A stretch of DNA of 64,000 bases from Bdellovibrionota bacterium (GCA_044356455.1 JBIKWF010000002.1:511-64510); one strand, 5' to 3'. Shown: positions 37,407 to 47,651, numbered from the stretch's first letter. Notes: generated from the sequence alone by a model not told the origin. Translations and numbers: made by a program.

Positions 37407-39491
37407 GTGATAAACGCAGCTCCCCACGGCGAAATGCCGCAATCTCCCTTAGGTACGCGTGCTCAGCTCCCAACCTTTGCGCACGTGGCACTTCTCGCGC
37501 TTTGCCTCTTTGCCCTCTGGCTGCGCGCGCCGCGGATTGGCGAAGGACTCCCCTTCTTCTACCGCGAGGATGAGGCACACCACTTCAATCGTCTCGCGGA
37601 GATGGTGAAATCCGGGTCTCTGGATCCCGTCTACTTTCACAAGCCTTCGCTTCACTTTTATTTACGCATGCCAGTCTTTGGCGCCTCATTTTTTTGGAAT
37701 GTAAAAAAGGGGGCAATTCGTTCGATTCAAGAGGTAAACACCAGAGACGAATACGGAGTTGGCGATTATTCCTTTAGCGCCTCTCATCCTGGCATCGTGA
37801 AGTGGAGCCGCGCCGCTACGGTAGCGCTCGGCCTGGCACTCATCCCCCTCAGCTTTTTTATTGCCTTTCGCCTAAGCAGCTCTGTCGCCGCAGCCTTTCT
37901 CGCTTCTGCCGCGGTTGCCGTCTCGCCGCCACTGATTGAAGAGGGTGCGGTCATCGGCGTTGATATTCTCATGGCAACTATGTGCACGCTCTCTGTGCTG
38001 CTTGCTCTTAGGCTGTACGAACGATTCTCCCTAAGCGGTCTTTGGATATGCGCGCTTACGTGTGGTCTCGCCATTTCGAGCAAGTACAATGCCGCGCCTA
38101 TCGCTCTTGTTCCACTTGCAACCTGCCTTCTTGCAAAAAAACACTCCTGGCCAGTGCTCACCGCAGCCCTTGGCGGGCCTGTTTTAGGTTTTCTTGCCGC
38201 TACTCCCTACCTTCTTGTGCATATCCCTTTGTTTCTTGACCAAGTCGCTTACGAGGTCTGGCACTATGGAGTAGCAGGGCACGTCGGGCACATGACGGAG
38301 CCGGGCTGGCCTCAGTTTCTATTCTACCTTCGATGGCTAAATTTCGAGGCTCTTGGTCCCGCGTATACCGCGCTCGGGCTTCTCGGTGTGGTCTTTCTTT
38401 GGAACGCGAAGCAGCCACACAAAGCGGTGGTGTTTCTCCTCTTTCCGCTGCTATTTGGAGCACTCATGATTTCGCAGAAGACCAACTTCACGCGAAACAT
38501 GCTTGTTATCATCCCCTTTATTTCGGTTATTGCAGGCGTCGCCTTTGTCCGAAGTCTTGAGGCGCTAAGACTTGAGGGCAAAGGAAGATTAGTCGCGCTC
38601 GCCGCACTCGTGCTCCTTGGACTTGGCTACCCATTAAGAGAGTCTCTCTTAGGCCGAGCTGAGGCACTTAGCTTCGTCGACAATCGCAGCATCATCGGAA
38701 CCGATCTGATGGAAGCTCTTTCAAGCCAGCGCCCAGGGGAAAAAGAACAAGTGGCGCTTTCAGGACAGCTCCAGTTTCCGATTGGCATGTTTCGCAGCGG
38801 CTCCTTTGCTCGCTTTGACCAAACCCGAAAATCGCTGCTTGCCTTATATTCGCGAGGCTTTTCAAAAATAGTAGCGGCTCCCGCTTGGGGGATCTCCTCA
38901 CAAGACAGTTCGCTTTTTCAGTCCACCCAAACGCTGCCTGGAGAAAAGGAACAACAACGAATTGTTCAGAACCCCAGCATTCAGGTCTTCACAACCACGC
39001 CGTCCCCCGAACTTACGGGAGCTCTTACCGGACTATCAAAATCAGATCCGGAACTTCAAATTGATGTTCAGCTGGCACCGGCCTCTGACTCAGTCAAGGC
39101 GTGTTCCGTCGCAGGCGGTCTTAGTCCTGCGAGCGCGACAGAAACCTACTGCTGGACCCAAGGACGAGTTGTCTTCTTAAAGTTTCTCGACCTCGAACGC
39201 GCCCTCAAGGCTTCGGCGGACTCATCAAAGATCACCCTTTATTTTGACGCCATGACTCCCTGGGCCGAGAACCCGATTCGGTTCTTTGTGGGAGACTGGA
39301 GCCAATCTCTCTCAAGCGCCGCAGGAGCTTGGACCTCATTCAGCGTCCAACCCCCGCTTTCCGCAATTAAATCTGCGGGAGGATTGTTTGTTGAAGTTCA
39401 GAAGGTGAAGTCACCAAAACTTCAAGGTCTCAGCGCCGACGACCGGAATTTGGGAGTTGCGCTTAGAAATATCCGGCTGAATGGCCAATAG
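37407..39491 (+). CDS. GT-C fold glycosyltransferase (PMT/ArnT, GT39-like)
   Basis: EDE motif after TM1; GLAISSKYNA; many TMs; periplasmic C-terminal domain ending DDRNLGV. Confidence 0.8.
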   Translation: MINAAPHGEMPQSPLGTRAQLPTFAHVALLALCLFALWLRAPRIGEGLPFFYREDEAHHFNRLAEMVKSGSLDPVYFHKPSLHFYLRMPVFGASFFWNVKKGAIRSIQEVNTRDEYGVGDYSFSASHPGIVKWSRAATVALGLALIPLSFFIAFRLSSSVAAAFLASAAVAVSPPLIEEGAVIGVDILMATMCTLSVLLALRLYERFSLSGLWICALTCGLAISSKYNAAPIALVPLATCLLAKKHSWPVLTAALGGPVLGFLAATPYLLVHIPLFLDQVAYEVWHYGVAGHVGHMTEPGWPQFLFYLRWLNFEALGPAYTALGLLGVVFLWNAKQPHKAVVFLLFPLLFGALMISQKTNFTRNMLVIIPFISVIAGVAFVRSLEALRLEGKGRLVALAALVLLGLGYPLRESLLGRAEALSFVDNRSIIGTDLMEALSSQRPGEKEQVALSGQLQFPIGMFRSGSFARFDQTRKSLLALYSRGFSKIVAAPAWGISSQDSSLFQSTQTLPGEKEQQRIVQNPSIQVFTTTPSPELTGALTGLSKSDPELQIDVQLAPASDSVKACSVAGGLSPASATETYCWTQGRVVFLKFLDLERALKASADSSKITLYFDAMTPWAENPIRFFVGDWSQSLSSAAGAWTSFSVQPPLSAIKSAGGLFVEVQKVKSPKLQGLSADDRNLGVALRNIRLNGQ

Positions 39492-39623
39492 GGATGCTCC
39501 GAAGAAGTCCTCTCTGTGAACTCTGTGCCCTCTGTGGTTGGTTTAAATTGCTCAAAAACCACAGAGGACACAGAGTTCACAGAGAGAGAAAAAAATAAAA
39601 TATCGAGGCTTTTCAGAGGTTCC
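39492..39623. mobile_element. MITE-like element family A (reverse of the 8899 type)
   Basis: GGATGCTCCGAAGAA...CTTTTCAGAGGTTCC, immediately after the TAG stop of the upstream gene. Confidence 0.85.
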
Positions 39624-39650
39624 TTGGCGGTCTCCGTGTTCTTAGTGGTT
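39624..39650. repeat. ACCACTAAG-type arm abutting element A
   Basis: TTGGCGGTCTCCGTGTTCTTAGTGGTT is the reverse complement of AACCACTAAGAACACGGAGACCGCCAA. Confidence 0.7.
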
Positions 39651-39745
39651 GTTTTCTCCTAAACGGCAACATCGAATTTGATTCTAACCTCGCCTCAACC
39701 TACTCTATACGGGGAATTATATAGTGAGCTACTGAGGAGCCTCTC

Positions 39746-40705
39746 ATGTACATCGTTACCGGCGGCGCTGGGTTTATTGGAAGTGCCTTCATCTCCTTTC
39801 TTAACCAACAGGGAATCCGCGACATTGTGGTCGTGGATGTACTTGAGCACTCGGGTCGCTGGAAGAATCTGCGCGGCAAAGAATTCGCGCACTATTACCA
39901 CCGCGATGAGTTTCTTTCGCTCATAGAGCGCGACGCCCTGCCCTTTACGACCACCGCGGTCGTGCACATGGGTGCGTGCTCCTCTACCACGGAAACCGAC
40001 GCGGATTTCTTGATGCGAAACAACTATCGCTTCTCTGCCTCTGTGGCCGAGTTTTGCTCAAGGCACCATACGCGCCTTGTCTACGCGAGCAGCGCTGCAA
40101 CGTATGGTGCTGGAGAAAACGGCTACAACGACGCCTGCGACCTAAAACTGCTTTATCCCCTTAATGCCTACGGCTTTTCTAAACACGCTTTCGACTTACT
40201 CATGGAGCGCGGGAACTTCTCCCCGCGTGCGGTGGGCCTTAAATTCTTCAACGTCTTTGGTCCCGGGGAATACTTTAAGGGAGACATGTCGAGCGTCGTC
40301 TACAAGTCATGGCAACAGATCAAGGCCGGGAGCGGAGTGAAGCTTTTCAAATCCTACCGCCCAGACTTTGGAGACGGAGAGCAAAAGCGCGACTTTGTGT
40401 ACGTTAAGGACTGCTGCAGGGTCATGTGGTGGCTTCTTCAAAATCCTGGAGTCACCGGACTTTTCAATGTCGGCTCAGGCCGAGCGAGGTCCTGGAAGGA
40501 TCTCGTAACAGCGGTCTACTCAGCATTGGGACTCCCTCCGCGGATCGAATTTATCGACATGCCCGAGAGCCTACGAAAACAGTACCAGTACTTTACGGAA
40601 GCCTCGCTTATAAAACTTCGTTCGGCTGGGTATTCGGCCCCGTTTTCCTCCCTAGAGGACGCTGTTCGCGACTATGTTACGGAGCACCTTGAAAGAGGCG
40701 AGTGA
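39746..40705 (+). CDS. hldD: ADP-L-glycero-D-manno-heptose 6-epimerase
   Basis: IVTGGAGFIGS, HMGACSSTTE, YASSAATYG, PLNAYGFSK, QYQYFTEA. Confidence 0.95.
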   Translation: MYIVTGGAGFIGSAFISFLNQQGIRDIVVVDVLEHSGRWKNLRGKEFAHYYHRDEFLSLIERDALPFTTTAVVHMGACSSTTETDADFLMRNNYRFSASVAEFCSRHHTRLVYASSAATYGAGENGYNDACDLKLLYPLNAYGFSKHAFDLLMERGNFSPRAVGLKFFNVFGPGEYFKGDMSSVVYKSWQQIKAGSGVKLFKSYRPDFGDGEQKRDFVYVKDCCRVMWWLLQNPGVTGLFNVGSGRARSWKDLVTAVYSALGLPPRIEFIDMPESLRKQYQYFTEASLIKLRSAGYSAPFSSLEDAVRDYVTEHLERGE

Positions 40706-40769
40706 TAGACAACAAATCAATATCTTTCAGGCACTTAGAAGAGTGGCCTGATTTGGCGATTCGCCTGCC

Positions 40770-40778
40770 TGTGGATAA
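40770..40778 (-). promoter_or_regulatory. Perfect DnaA box upstream of rpmH
   Basis: TGTGGATAA is the reverse complement of TTATCCACA. Confidence 0.55.
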
Positions 40779-40862
40779 CTCTAGCTAACCCCGCCCAGCT
40801 ATTTGCTTTATACCGATGGTCCCTTTATAAACGGGGCTCGAAATTTCAGTTGGAAAAGCGCC

Positions 40863-41030
40863 ATGAAAAGAACATATCAACCCAGCAAGAAGTCCCGCCA
40901 CTCTACCCACGGGTTTCGTAAGCGCATGCAGAAGAAGGGCGGCCAGAAGGTCCTTAATGCTCGCCGCCGCAAAGGCAGGCATAAGATTTCCGTAAGCTCG
41001 CCTCGTAAGGGCCACTACAGGAATAAGTAG
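40863..41030 (+). CDS. rpmH: 50S ribosomal protein L34
   Basis: MKRTYQPS...HGFRKRM...[13 protein letters not shown]. Confidence 0.97.
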   Translation: MKRTYQPSKKSRHSTHGFRKRMQKKGGQKVLNARRRKGRHKISVSSPRKGHYRNK

Positions 41031-41095
41031 GAAACCGTACCGAATGCCTCAAAGAGGTAGTAGTCGTGTTCGTAAACTCTGCAGTTCGAAGCTAG

Positions 41096-41234
41096 GGAAC
41101 CTCTAAGAGCTTCGTTTCCCCCTTCGCGTCCTCGGCGTCCTTCGCGTTATTTTCCAATATACCGCACACCCGCAATGGTTGGGTTTAACGCGAAGGACAC
41201 GAAGAGCACGAAGGAGGACCTTTTCTGAGGCTCC
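41096..41234. mobile_element. MITE-like element family A (CGCGAAG/CACGAAG hairpin cargo)
   Basis: CTAG|GGAACCTCTAAGAG...TTTTCTGAGGCTCC|CTAG; arms CTTCGCGTCCTCGGCGTCCTTCGCGTTA and TAACGCGAAGGACACGAAGAGCACGAAG. Confidence 0.85.
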
Positions 41235-41381
41235 CTAGATTCCCAACACTTTCTGCCAGGCTTAGGCGAGAAGGCGTTGGGTTTTTTGCGCCTCGCCTCT
41301 GATGGTTTGCCGAAACGGGGAGTACCTGCTTGCGGGCCCTTTGCCGTAGGGCATTAATCGAATCCTTCGTGAGCGAAACTG

Positions 41382-41813
41382 GTGAACAAGAAGCCCTTAG
41401 GCCCAGAACCCCGCGGAAATCCTTCCGCAGCTACCTCACTTACCACCGAGGCACCCAAGGTACTGCGTACTTTTGGCCCACACCTCCGTATCCGCCACAA
41501 GCGCGACTTCGAGAGACTCCAGCGCCAAGGTAGAAAGCTTTACGCCACCCATTTCTTAATAGTCCTCGATAAGGCAGAGACCCCTCATAGCAGAATCGCA
41601 CTCGCCGTAACCAAAAAAGTCGAGCCAAGGGCAGTAATAAGAAACAAGCTGCGCCGCAGGCTCAAAGAAATATTCCGCCTTACTCACACCAAGCTTACCG
41701 GGAATTTTGACATCCTGATTATCGCGCGCAAAGATGCGCAGGAGTGTGAATTTGCTCAGGTTAAGCGCGAGGTGCTGGGAGCCCTGCACCACGCTGGCCT
41801 GCTGCGACAGTAA
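41382..41813 (+). CDS. rnpA: Ribonuclease P protein component
   Basis: RNR-like motif [16 protein letters not shown]; position after rpmH; start uncertain. Confidence 0.93.
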   Translation: MNKKPLGPEPRGNPSAATSLTTEAPKVLRTFGPHLRIRHKRDFERLQRQGRKLYATHFLIVLDKAETPHSRIALAVTKKVEPRAVIRNKLRRRLKEIFRLTHTKLTGNFDILIIARKDAQECEFAQVKREVLGALHHAGLLRQ

Positions 41814-41858
41814 TTTCTGCGGCAGTAACATTTGCGATAGTAACATTTGCGACAGTAG
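41799..41858 (+). repeat. Four 15-bp tandem copies of the rnpA stop region
   Basis: CTGCTGCGACAGTAA TTTCTGCGGCAGTAA CATTTGCGATAGTAA CATTTGCGACAGTAG. Confidence 0.85.
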
Positions 41859-41869
41859 CCTTACTTTTC

Positions 41870-42235
41870 ATGTTCGATTCTTACTTCAGCCATTCCTGCG
41901 TATCACATTCGTGCATCAGATCCGCATGGCCTCAAAGCGCAACCCAACGTTATGCGCAAAATTTCTCCCGCCCCGCTTCTTGGTTAGCGAGCGCACTTCG
42001 GTTCCCCCGTAACGCGGCTCTGGCACTCATTCGAATCCTCCACCGGATCTACAAACTTCTGCTCTCCCCTCTTATCGGAAACCAATGCAGATTTTTTCCG
42101 ACGTGCAGCGATTACGCACTTGAGGCATTTGAGCGGCATGGAATTGCGCGGGGCGGACTGCTCGCAGCAAAAAGGCTCGTGCGCTGCTCCCCACTCCACG
42201 AAGGGGGGCTAGATCCCGTTCCGCCGCCTCGATAA
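41870..42235 (+). CDS. yidD: Membrane protein insertion efficiency factor YidD
   Basis: [30 protein letters not shown]; start uncertain. Confidence 0.93.
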   Translation: MFDSYFSHSCVSHSCIRSAWPQSATQRYAQNFSRPASWLASALRFPRNAALALIRILHRIYKLLLSPLIGNQCRFFPTCSDYALEAFERHGIARGGLLAAKRLVRCSPLHEGGLDPVPPPR

Positions 42236-42321
42236 GGAGCGAAGCCTCAAACAACCCGCATTTTGATTCAAGATTTAAACTAACCACCAGAAAGAACTAG
42301 AAACGGACAAGGAACAAGAGC

Positions 42322-44061
42322 ATGGAAGATCGACGTACCGCCATCGCAATTCTTCTCATCATCATGACGGTCATGATGTACTCAGAGCTCGTGCTCGCGC
42401 CGACCATGAGACCGCCCTCCACTGCCGCGACCGCACGAACATCTTCCCAGCTCGCGGCGTCAACCCAAACTTCTCCATCTGGAAATACTGGCGCTCAATT
42501 AAAGTCAGCTGCCGCAGTTCTCCCCGGCGCGAGTGGCGTCGTCTCTCCTGAGCAAGCTCCCTCCCCCGCCGAGTTAAAAGAGGCCCCCTCTCTCACGGTA
42601 GAGACCCCCTTCTTTATTGCGAAATTGTCGTCCCTTGGCGGAAGACTTCTGAGCTTCAAGCTCAAGGCACACCGCGACCAACTAAAGGAGGACGGCCTGC
42701 TCGATCTCGTTAGCAGCCCAGAAAACACACCGCTTCCCTTGGGAATTTACTCAGGAACTCGATCGGACCTTAGAACGAACTACACCATTTCGAGCATTCA
42801 CCCCCCACAGCCTGAAGGCGCGAACACCTTTTCGGTAACTCCAGGACAAACGCTTTCCATTTCATTCAAAGGAGCGCTTGCAGACGGGTCCTCAATCTCA
42901 AAAAATTTCTCTTTCCAGGGAGATTCCTACCTCTTCAATGTGGTGGCATCGCTCGATCAGCCGGCACCAGACGGCACAAGTCTCTGGCTCGAGTGGGCGA
43001 GATTCTTACCAGAAGCTATCTTGAGTGACTCGATTGACCCGTGGACCTTCACCTCGCTAAGCGACGCAAGCAAAGTACAACACATCCAGCTCCCCTCTCT
43101 CACCCTCGACGGCCTGAGCCAGCCCTTCGCGGCTCAGTGGCTAGGACTCGCGGATAAGTATTTCACCGCGACTCTCCTTACCGATCAGGGAGGATTTAAT
43201 GCACGCTACGGAAGGTCAGGACCGTTGTTTCTACACCGCATGGCTGGCACTCCTACCGAAGGACGATTCTCTCTCTTTGTCGGACCAAAGGACTACCGCG
43301 TACTTCAGCAACTAGGTAACCAACTCGAGCGCAGTATCGATCTCGGATTTTTCTCTTTCCTCGCGTACCCCCTACTTATCCTTATCCGATTATTCCATTC
43401 CGTGTTTAACAACTACGGTCTCGCGATTGTTGGGGTGACCCTTCTTATCAAGGGCCTCTTCTTCCCGCTCACCAAAGCAAGCCTCAAGTCCATGAAGGCC
43501 ATGCAGAGCTTACAGCCTGAGATGCAAGCACTGAGGGAGCGAGTGAAAGATCCCACTCAGCTCAACCAAGAAATGCTTCAGCTCTATAAGCGCCGAGGGG
43601 TAAACCCAATGGGAGGCTGCCTCCCCATCCTGCTCCAGATCCCGGTTTTCTTCGGACTCTACAGCGCACTGCTTCACTCCATTGAGCTCCGTCACGCCGC
43701 GTTTGGGCTCTGGATTCAAGACCTCTCTGTTCCTGAGCGTCTCGAGTTTTTTGGCGTCAACTTTCCCATCATGATTTTAGTCATGGGCGGCGCTATGTTC
43801 TATCAGCAATGGGTCACCCCCATGCCGACAATAGATCCTGCCCAAAGACGCATGATGCTGATAATATCCGCCGTGTTCCCTGTCAGCTTCTTGATATTCC
43901 CGTTCCCTTCGGGACTCGCGCTCTACATGCTGACTAACACCCTGGTATCATTGATACAGCAGGCTTATCTTCGAAACGACTCACATCAGAGCCCAGGGCG
44001 CGCAACTACCCTGGCCAGCCTTGGCATTTTCGCCATCGCATATGTGCTATCATTGCTGTAA
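42322..44061 (+). CDS. yidC: Membrane protein insertase YidC
   Basis: FVGPK, NYGLAI, GVNPMGGCLPILLQIPVF, WIQDLS. Confidence 0.97.
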   Translation: MEDRRTAIAILLIIMTVMMYSELVLAPTMRPPSTAATARTSSQLAASTQTSPSGNTGAQLKSAAAVLPGASGVVSPEQAPSPAELKEAPSLTVETPFFIAKLSSLGGRLLSFKLKAHRDQLKEDGLLDLVSSPENTPLPLGIYSGTRSDLRTNYTISSIHPPQPEGANTFSVTPGQTLSISFKGALADGSSISKNFSFQGDSYLFNVVASLDQPAPDGTSLWLEWARFLPEAILSDSIDPWTFTSLSDASKVQHIQLPSLTLDGLSQPFAAQWLGLADKYFTATLLTDQGGFNARYGRSGPLFLHRMAGTPTEGRFSLFVGPKDYRVLQQLGNQLERSIDLGFFSFLAYPLLILIRLFHSVFNNYGLAIVGVTLLIKGLFFPLTKASLKSMKAMQSLQPEMQALRERVKDPTQLNQEMLQLYKRRGVNPMGGCLPILLQIPVFFGLYSALLHSIELRHAAFGLWIQDLSVPERLEFFGVNFPIMILVMGGAMFYQQWVTPMPTIDPAQRRMMLIISAVFPVSFLIFPFPSGLALYMLTNTLVSLIQQAYLRNDSHQSPGRATTLASLGIFAIAYVLSLL

Positions 44062-44108
44062 GCCACTCGAAGAGAGGCACATGCGAAGAGTAAGGGGGCT
44101 GCTCTAAG

Positions 44109-45509
44109 ATGACCGTGAGAGCGGAGCGTGGAGAAGCTACTACAATTGCCGCTCTTGCTACGGCGCCGTATCCGTCTGGCTTAGCGGTCATTCGTATCAG
44201 TGGCCCTCGAACCAGAACTGCTCTTCTTGCAATTTTTCAGTCCAAGAAGGATCCCGTAAAGCTACCGCGCACTCTGGTATTCGGCGATCTTACTGACTAC
44301 CGAAGTGGGCAAGTAATCGACAATGCGCTGGCGGTATTCATGCCGGGCCCTCACAGCTTTACGGGCGAAGACGTCGCTGAATTCCAGTTTCATGGAAGCC
44401 CCCTGCTCGTTCAGAAAATACTACGCTCACTTTTTGCCTTCGGCGTGACGCCAGCAGAGCCTGGGGAGTTTACGCTACGAGCCTTTCTCAATGGCAAGAT
44501 GGATCTCGTGCAAGCAGAGGCCGTAAGCGAGCTCATTAATGCGACAAGCGACCAGGCGCTAAAAATTGCGGGGGATCATCTCAAAGGACGCTTCAGCAGC
44601 GCGCTCGATGAACTCGGCGAGCCTCTGCGCAACACACTCGCGGAATTAGAAGCCAGCATCGATTTCCCAGAGGAAGAAATTAAACCAGAAAGCCGCGCTT
44701 CTCTCCGCAACTCACTTCTTTTAGTAAAAGATGCCGCTCAAGAGATCTTACGCACGTACGCATACGGACATGTCGTTCGCGATGGCTTTAAGGTGCTACT
44801 CTGCGGCAGGCCAAACGTCGGAAAATCGAGCCTCCTTAACCTTCTCCTCAAGAAAGAACGTGCCATAGTCTCCCCCATTTCTGGAACCACACGCGACATC
44901 ATAGAGGAGCAGGCAATCCTTGGTGGGCATCGCTTTGTTTTCTGTGATTCGGCGGGAATTCGAGAAACCAGTGATGAAATCGAAAAGATGGGCGTCGAGC
45001 TTGCGCGAGAACGCGTCGAGTGGGCCGACCTGATTCTCATGGTGGTCGACGCCACTGATCCTGCAAGCAATTGGCAAGCCCTCGCAGACGAACTTCGCGA
45101 AAAGGGTGCGCGCATCTGGATGGTGGTAAATAAGATAGACGCAAACCCGGCGGCGATTGGAGCACTCTTCTGTGACTCGGCCGTCTGCGCCCAGAACTTC
45201 TATATTTCGGTAAAAACTTCGTCTGGCGTGGATGCTCTCGTTGCCGCACTCGTAGACGAAGTGGCGTCAAGCTTACCAGACAGTGCCCACGCCAGTAACG
45301 TCCTCACTAACGAACGCCAGTTTAGCTGCCTTGAGCGCGCAGAACAGGCCGTATCCCGCGCCATCCAAGGATTAGAAAACAAAAACCCGCTCGAAATTAT
45401 CAGTGATGACGTACGTCAAGGACTCACCGCCCTGGAAGAGATGGTAGGAAAGACCTATACCGAAGATATTCTTGGTCGCATATTCTCCAAATTTTGCATT
45501 GGCAAATGA
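44109..45509 (+). CDS. mnmE: tRNA modification GTPase MnmE
   Basis: SFTGEDVAE, AEPGEFTLRAFLNGKMDL, GRPNVGKSS, C-terminal FSKFCIGK. Confidence 0.97.
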   Translation: MTVRAERGEATTIAALATAPYPSGLAVIRISGPRTRTALLAIFQSKKDPVKLPRTLVFGDLTDYRSGQVIDNALAVFMPGPHSFTGEDVAEFQFHGSPLLVQKILRSLFAFGVTPAEPGEFTLRAFLNGKMDLVQAEAVSELINATSDQALKIAGDHLKGRFSSALDELGEPLRNTLAELEASIDFPEEEIKPESRASLRNSLLLVKDAAQEILRTYAYGHVVRDGFKVLLCGRPNVGKSSLLNLLLKKERAIVSPISGTTRDIIEEQAILGGHRFVFCDSAGIRETSDEIEKMGVELARERVEWADLILMVVDATDPASNWQALADELREKGARIWMVVNKIDANPAAIGALFCDSAVCAQNFYISVKTSSGVDALVAALVDEVASSLPDSAHASNVLTNERQFSCLERAEQAVSRAIQGLENKNPLEIISDDVRQGLTALEEMVGKTYTEDILGRIFSKFCIGK

Positions 45510-46774
45510 CAGACCCTCTGAAGTACCCAAAACTTCGCTGGCCCCTTGATGTTCGCCTTGAGCGACTCGAAAACGAACAAGCTCTCATTATTAATTGCCC
45601 GATAGGAGTAGCTGCTAAGCCGCTATTAATTAAGCCCGCGTTTGCACCGCTCATCGCTCAATTTGAAGGCAGGCTTTCGGTTGACGATATCGCAGCCCAC
45701 TTTAGCGGCATTGGAGCAGAACGTGACCTTGTGCTGCGCCTCGCTAAACTTCTAGATGAATACCTCTTTCTCGATACGCCCCGCTTTCATGCGGCTCATC
45801 AAGAGTTTCGGGATACCTATGCGGCGAGCCTTGTTCGTCCGGCCGCGCTTGCGGGACTAAGCTATAGCGCGTCACGTGAGGAACTCGCGCGCAGCATAGA
45901 TACCTACCTCGCGGAGGGAACTTCGGGGCTAATAGTAAAAGAAGAGCCGCCTCCCGCTGGCTCACCACTCATGGGACTAATTTCGCCGCACATCGATTAC
46001 CGGAGAGGCGGCACCTGCTACGGCCGCACCTACTCAAAACTACGGGGCGCGCAGCATGACCTCTATCTCCTTCTCGGAACGGCGCACCAATACAGTCCGC
46101 ACCTTTTTCACCTCACGAAAAAGGATTTTCAAAGCCCACTCGGTACGTTGGCCTGCGACCGCGAATTTTGCCAAAAGCTATCTGATCGTTATGGAACGAA
46201 ACGCAGCTTTGCCGACGAAATCTTGCACAGGAAAGAGCACTCTCTCGAACTCCAGCTCCCCTTTCTGCAGCGCACCACAAATCCACCGCTCATAGTTCCG
46301 ATTCTGATTGGCAGTTTTCATAAGTACGTGGCGGCCCAGCGCCGTCCCGAACACTACGACGAATACGAAGCTTTCGTCGCAGGCCTCGCAGAAACGTATC
46401 AGGCCGCAGCTTCTTCGGGGACTTCAATCTGCATTATTGCAGGAGTCGACATGGCGCATGTGGGCCAGAACTTTGGAGACAAAGAGCGATTGTCTGCAGA
46501 AGGGATGAAGCAGATAGAATTTCGCGACCGGCAGTACCTCGACGCGATTTCGAACCAAGACAAAGAAGCTCTCTTTTCGCATATCGCAGAGGACTCAGAC
46601 CAAAGAAGGATGTGCGGGTTCCCCACTCTCTACACGACCATCGATCTCTTCAGCCGCCTCGGTCTAAAATACCAAGCAGAGCTGATTGATTATCAGCAGG
46701 CCGTGGACTTTGAAACAGACTGTGCCGTCACCTTTGCGGGGATGGCGCTGCGTACCGTACCACGGACGTCCTAG
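45506..46774 (+). CDS. amrB: AmmeMemoRadiSam system protein B (MEMO1 family) with N-terminal extension
   Basis: RPAALAGLSY, ISPHIDY, EHSLELQLPFLQ, GVDMAHVG, MCG; ATGA overlap with mnmE. Confidence 0.85.
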   Translation: MTDPLKYPKLRWPLDVRLERLENEQALIINCPIGVAAKPLLIKPAFAPLIAQFEGRLSVDDIAAHFSGIGAERDLVLRLAKLLDEYLFLDTPRFHAAHQEFRDTYAASLVRPAALAGLSYSASREELARSIDTYLAEGTSGLIVKEEPPPAGSPLMGLISPHIDYRRGGTCYGRTYSKLRGAQHDLYLLLGTAHQYSPHLFHLTKKDFQSPLGTLACDREFCQKLSDRYGTKRSFADEILHRKEHSLELQLPFLQRTTNPPLIVPILIGSFHKYVAAQRRPEHYDEYEAFVAGLAETYQAAASSGTSICIIAGVDMAHVGQNFGDKERLSAEGMKQIEFRDRQYLDAISNQDKEALFSHIAEDSDQRRMCGFPTLYTTIDLFSRLGLKYQAELIDYQQAVDFETDCAVTFAGMALRTVPRTS

Positions 46775-46856
46775 GGAGCCTCTGAAATAGTCCTCCTTGC
46801 TGCTCTCCGAGTCCCCTTCTCCCAAATAACGAGGGGGGAGATTTTCTTGGGTTCGC
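46775..46856. mobile_element. Partial/degenerate family A element
   Basis: CTAG|GGAGCCTCTGAAATAGTCCTCCTTGC... resembles the start of the 18912 copy; right end degraded. Confidence 0.6.
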
Positions 46857-46883
46857 AATGTCTAGTTTGGTAACCTTAGTCCC

Positions 46884-47480
46884 ATGTTTAGCTTTAGGCT
46901 GCGCTCACTCTCTCACCCTAGCTTCGCCATCTCAAAGGAAGGAAGCAGGGTCGCAGCCCTCATAGCCGAACTGCGAAAGAATCCCGAATCGTTCTCACTG
47001 ATAAGTCAAAGTAGGTTACCAATGGGAGAAAGAGACCCCATCTTTGCCCTTCGCTCCAAGCCCTGGGGAATTGAACTTCTCGCCACGTTTGGTTACGGGC
47101 TGCACTCTCTTTTCGAAATAAGACTCCCTCTCGCAACCACGGACAGAAAGAGTCTCCCTTGCATCGGTGACAAGCTTACCTCGGCCTCAACCGGCTATCT
47201 GATTTCATTTGAAGCTCCCGTATCGGAGCTTTCTCCAAAATCGCTTATCCTGACAGCACGAGTATCAAAATTTGGAACAGACAGTCCCCCTTCTAGAATT
47301 GAATCATTCGAAATCCATCTAACCTCTCAGGGCTTGTGGGAAGGGAGAACCTCTCTGGTTGGCGTTGCAGAGCCGGAAGGACTCCTAATATATGACGAAC
47401 AGGTAAATCTCCCCCCTGCTCCTCCTTCGTCCACATCAGACAGTGAGGATTCTGACCTTCCTTTAGGGAACTCGGCCTAG
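46884..47480 (+). CDS. Hypothetical protein
   Basis: 198-codon ORF between two mobile elements; no motif recognised. Confidence 0.45.
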   Translation: MFSFRLRSLSHPSFAISKEGSRVAALIAELRKNPESFSLISQSRLPMGERDPIFALRSKPWGIELLATFGYGLHSLFEIRLPLATTDRKSLPCIGDKLTSASTGYLISFEAPVSELSPKSLILTARVSKFGTDSPPSRIESFEIHLTSQGLWEGRTSLVGVAEPEGLLIYDEQVNLPPAPPSSTSDSEDSDLPLGNSA

Positions 47481-47589
47481 GAGTGTGTCCCGTAGAAACA
47501 AAAATCTTGGATTTGTACAGAAACCGTAGGTAGGCTGCCACGTTGCCACCACAATATGTAGTGGTAGAATTTTTCTACAGGACAGATTC
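47481..47589. mobile_element. MITE-like element family B (109 bp, reverse orientation)
   Basis: CTAG|GAGTGTGTCCCGTAGAAA...TTTCTACAGGACAGATTC|CTAG. Confidence 0.88.
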
Positions 47590-47651
47590 CTAGCCCGGCA
47601 GCCTTCGCGCACCAGAGAGCGACCCCGTGCGCGCTCGAATTGAGGGGGATG

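Noticed and set aside
8899-39623. Repeated CTCTGTG...CACAGAG sequences as a CRISPR array
   Set aside because: Copies are dispersed and palindromic, with no repeat-spacer periodicity and no cas genes
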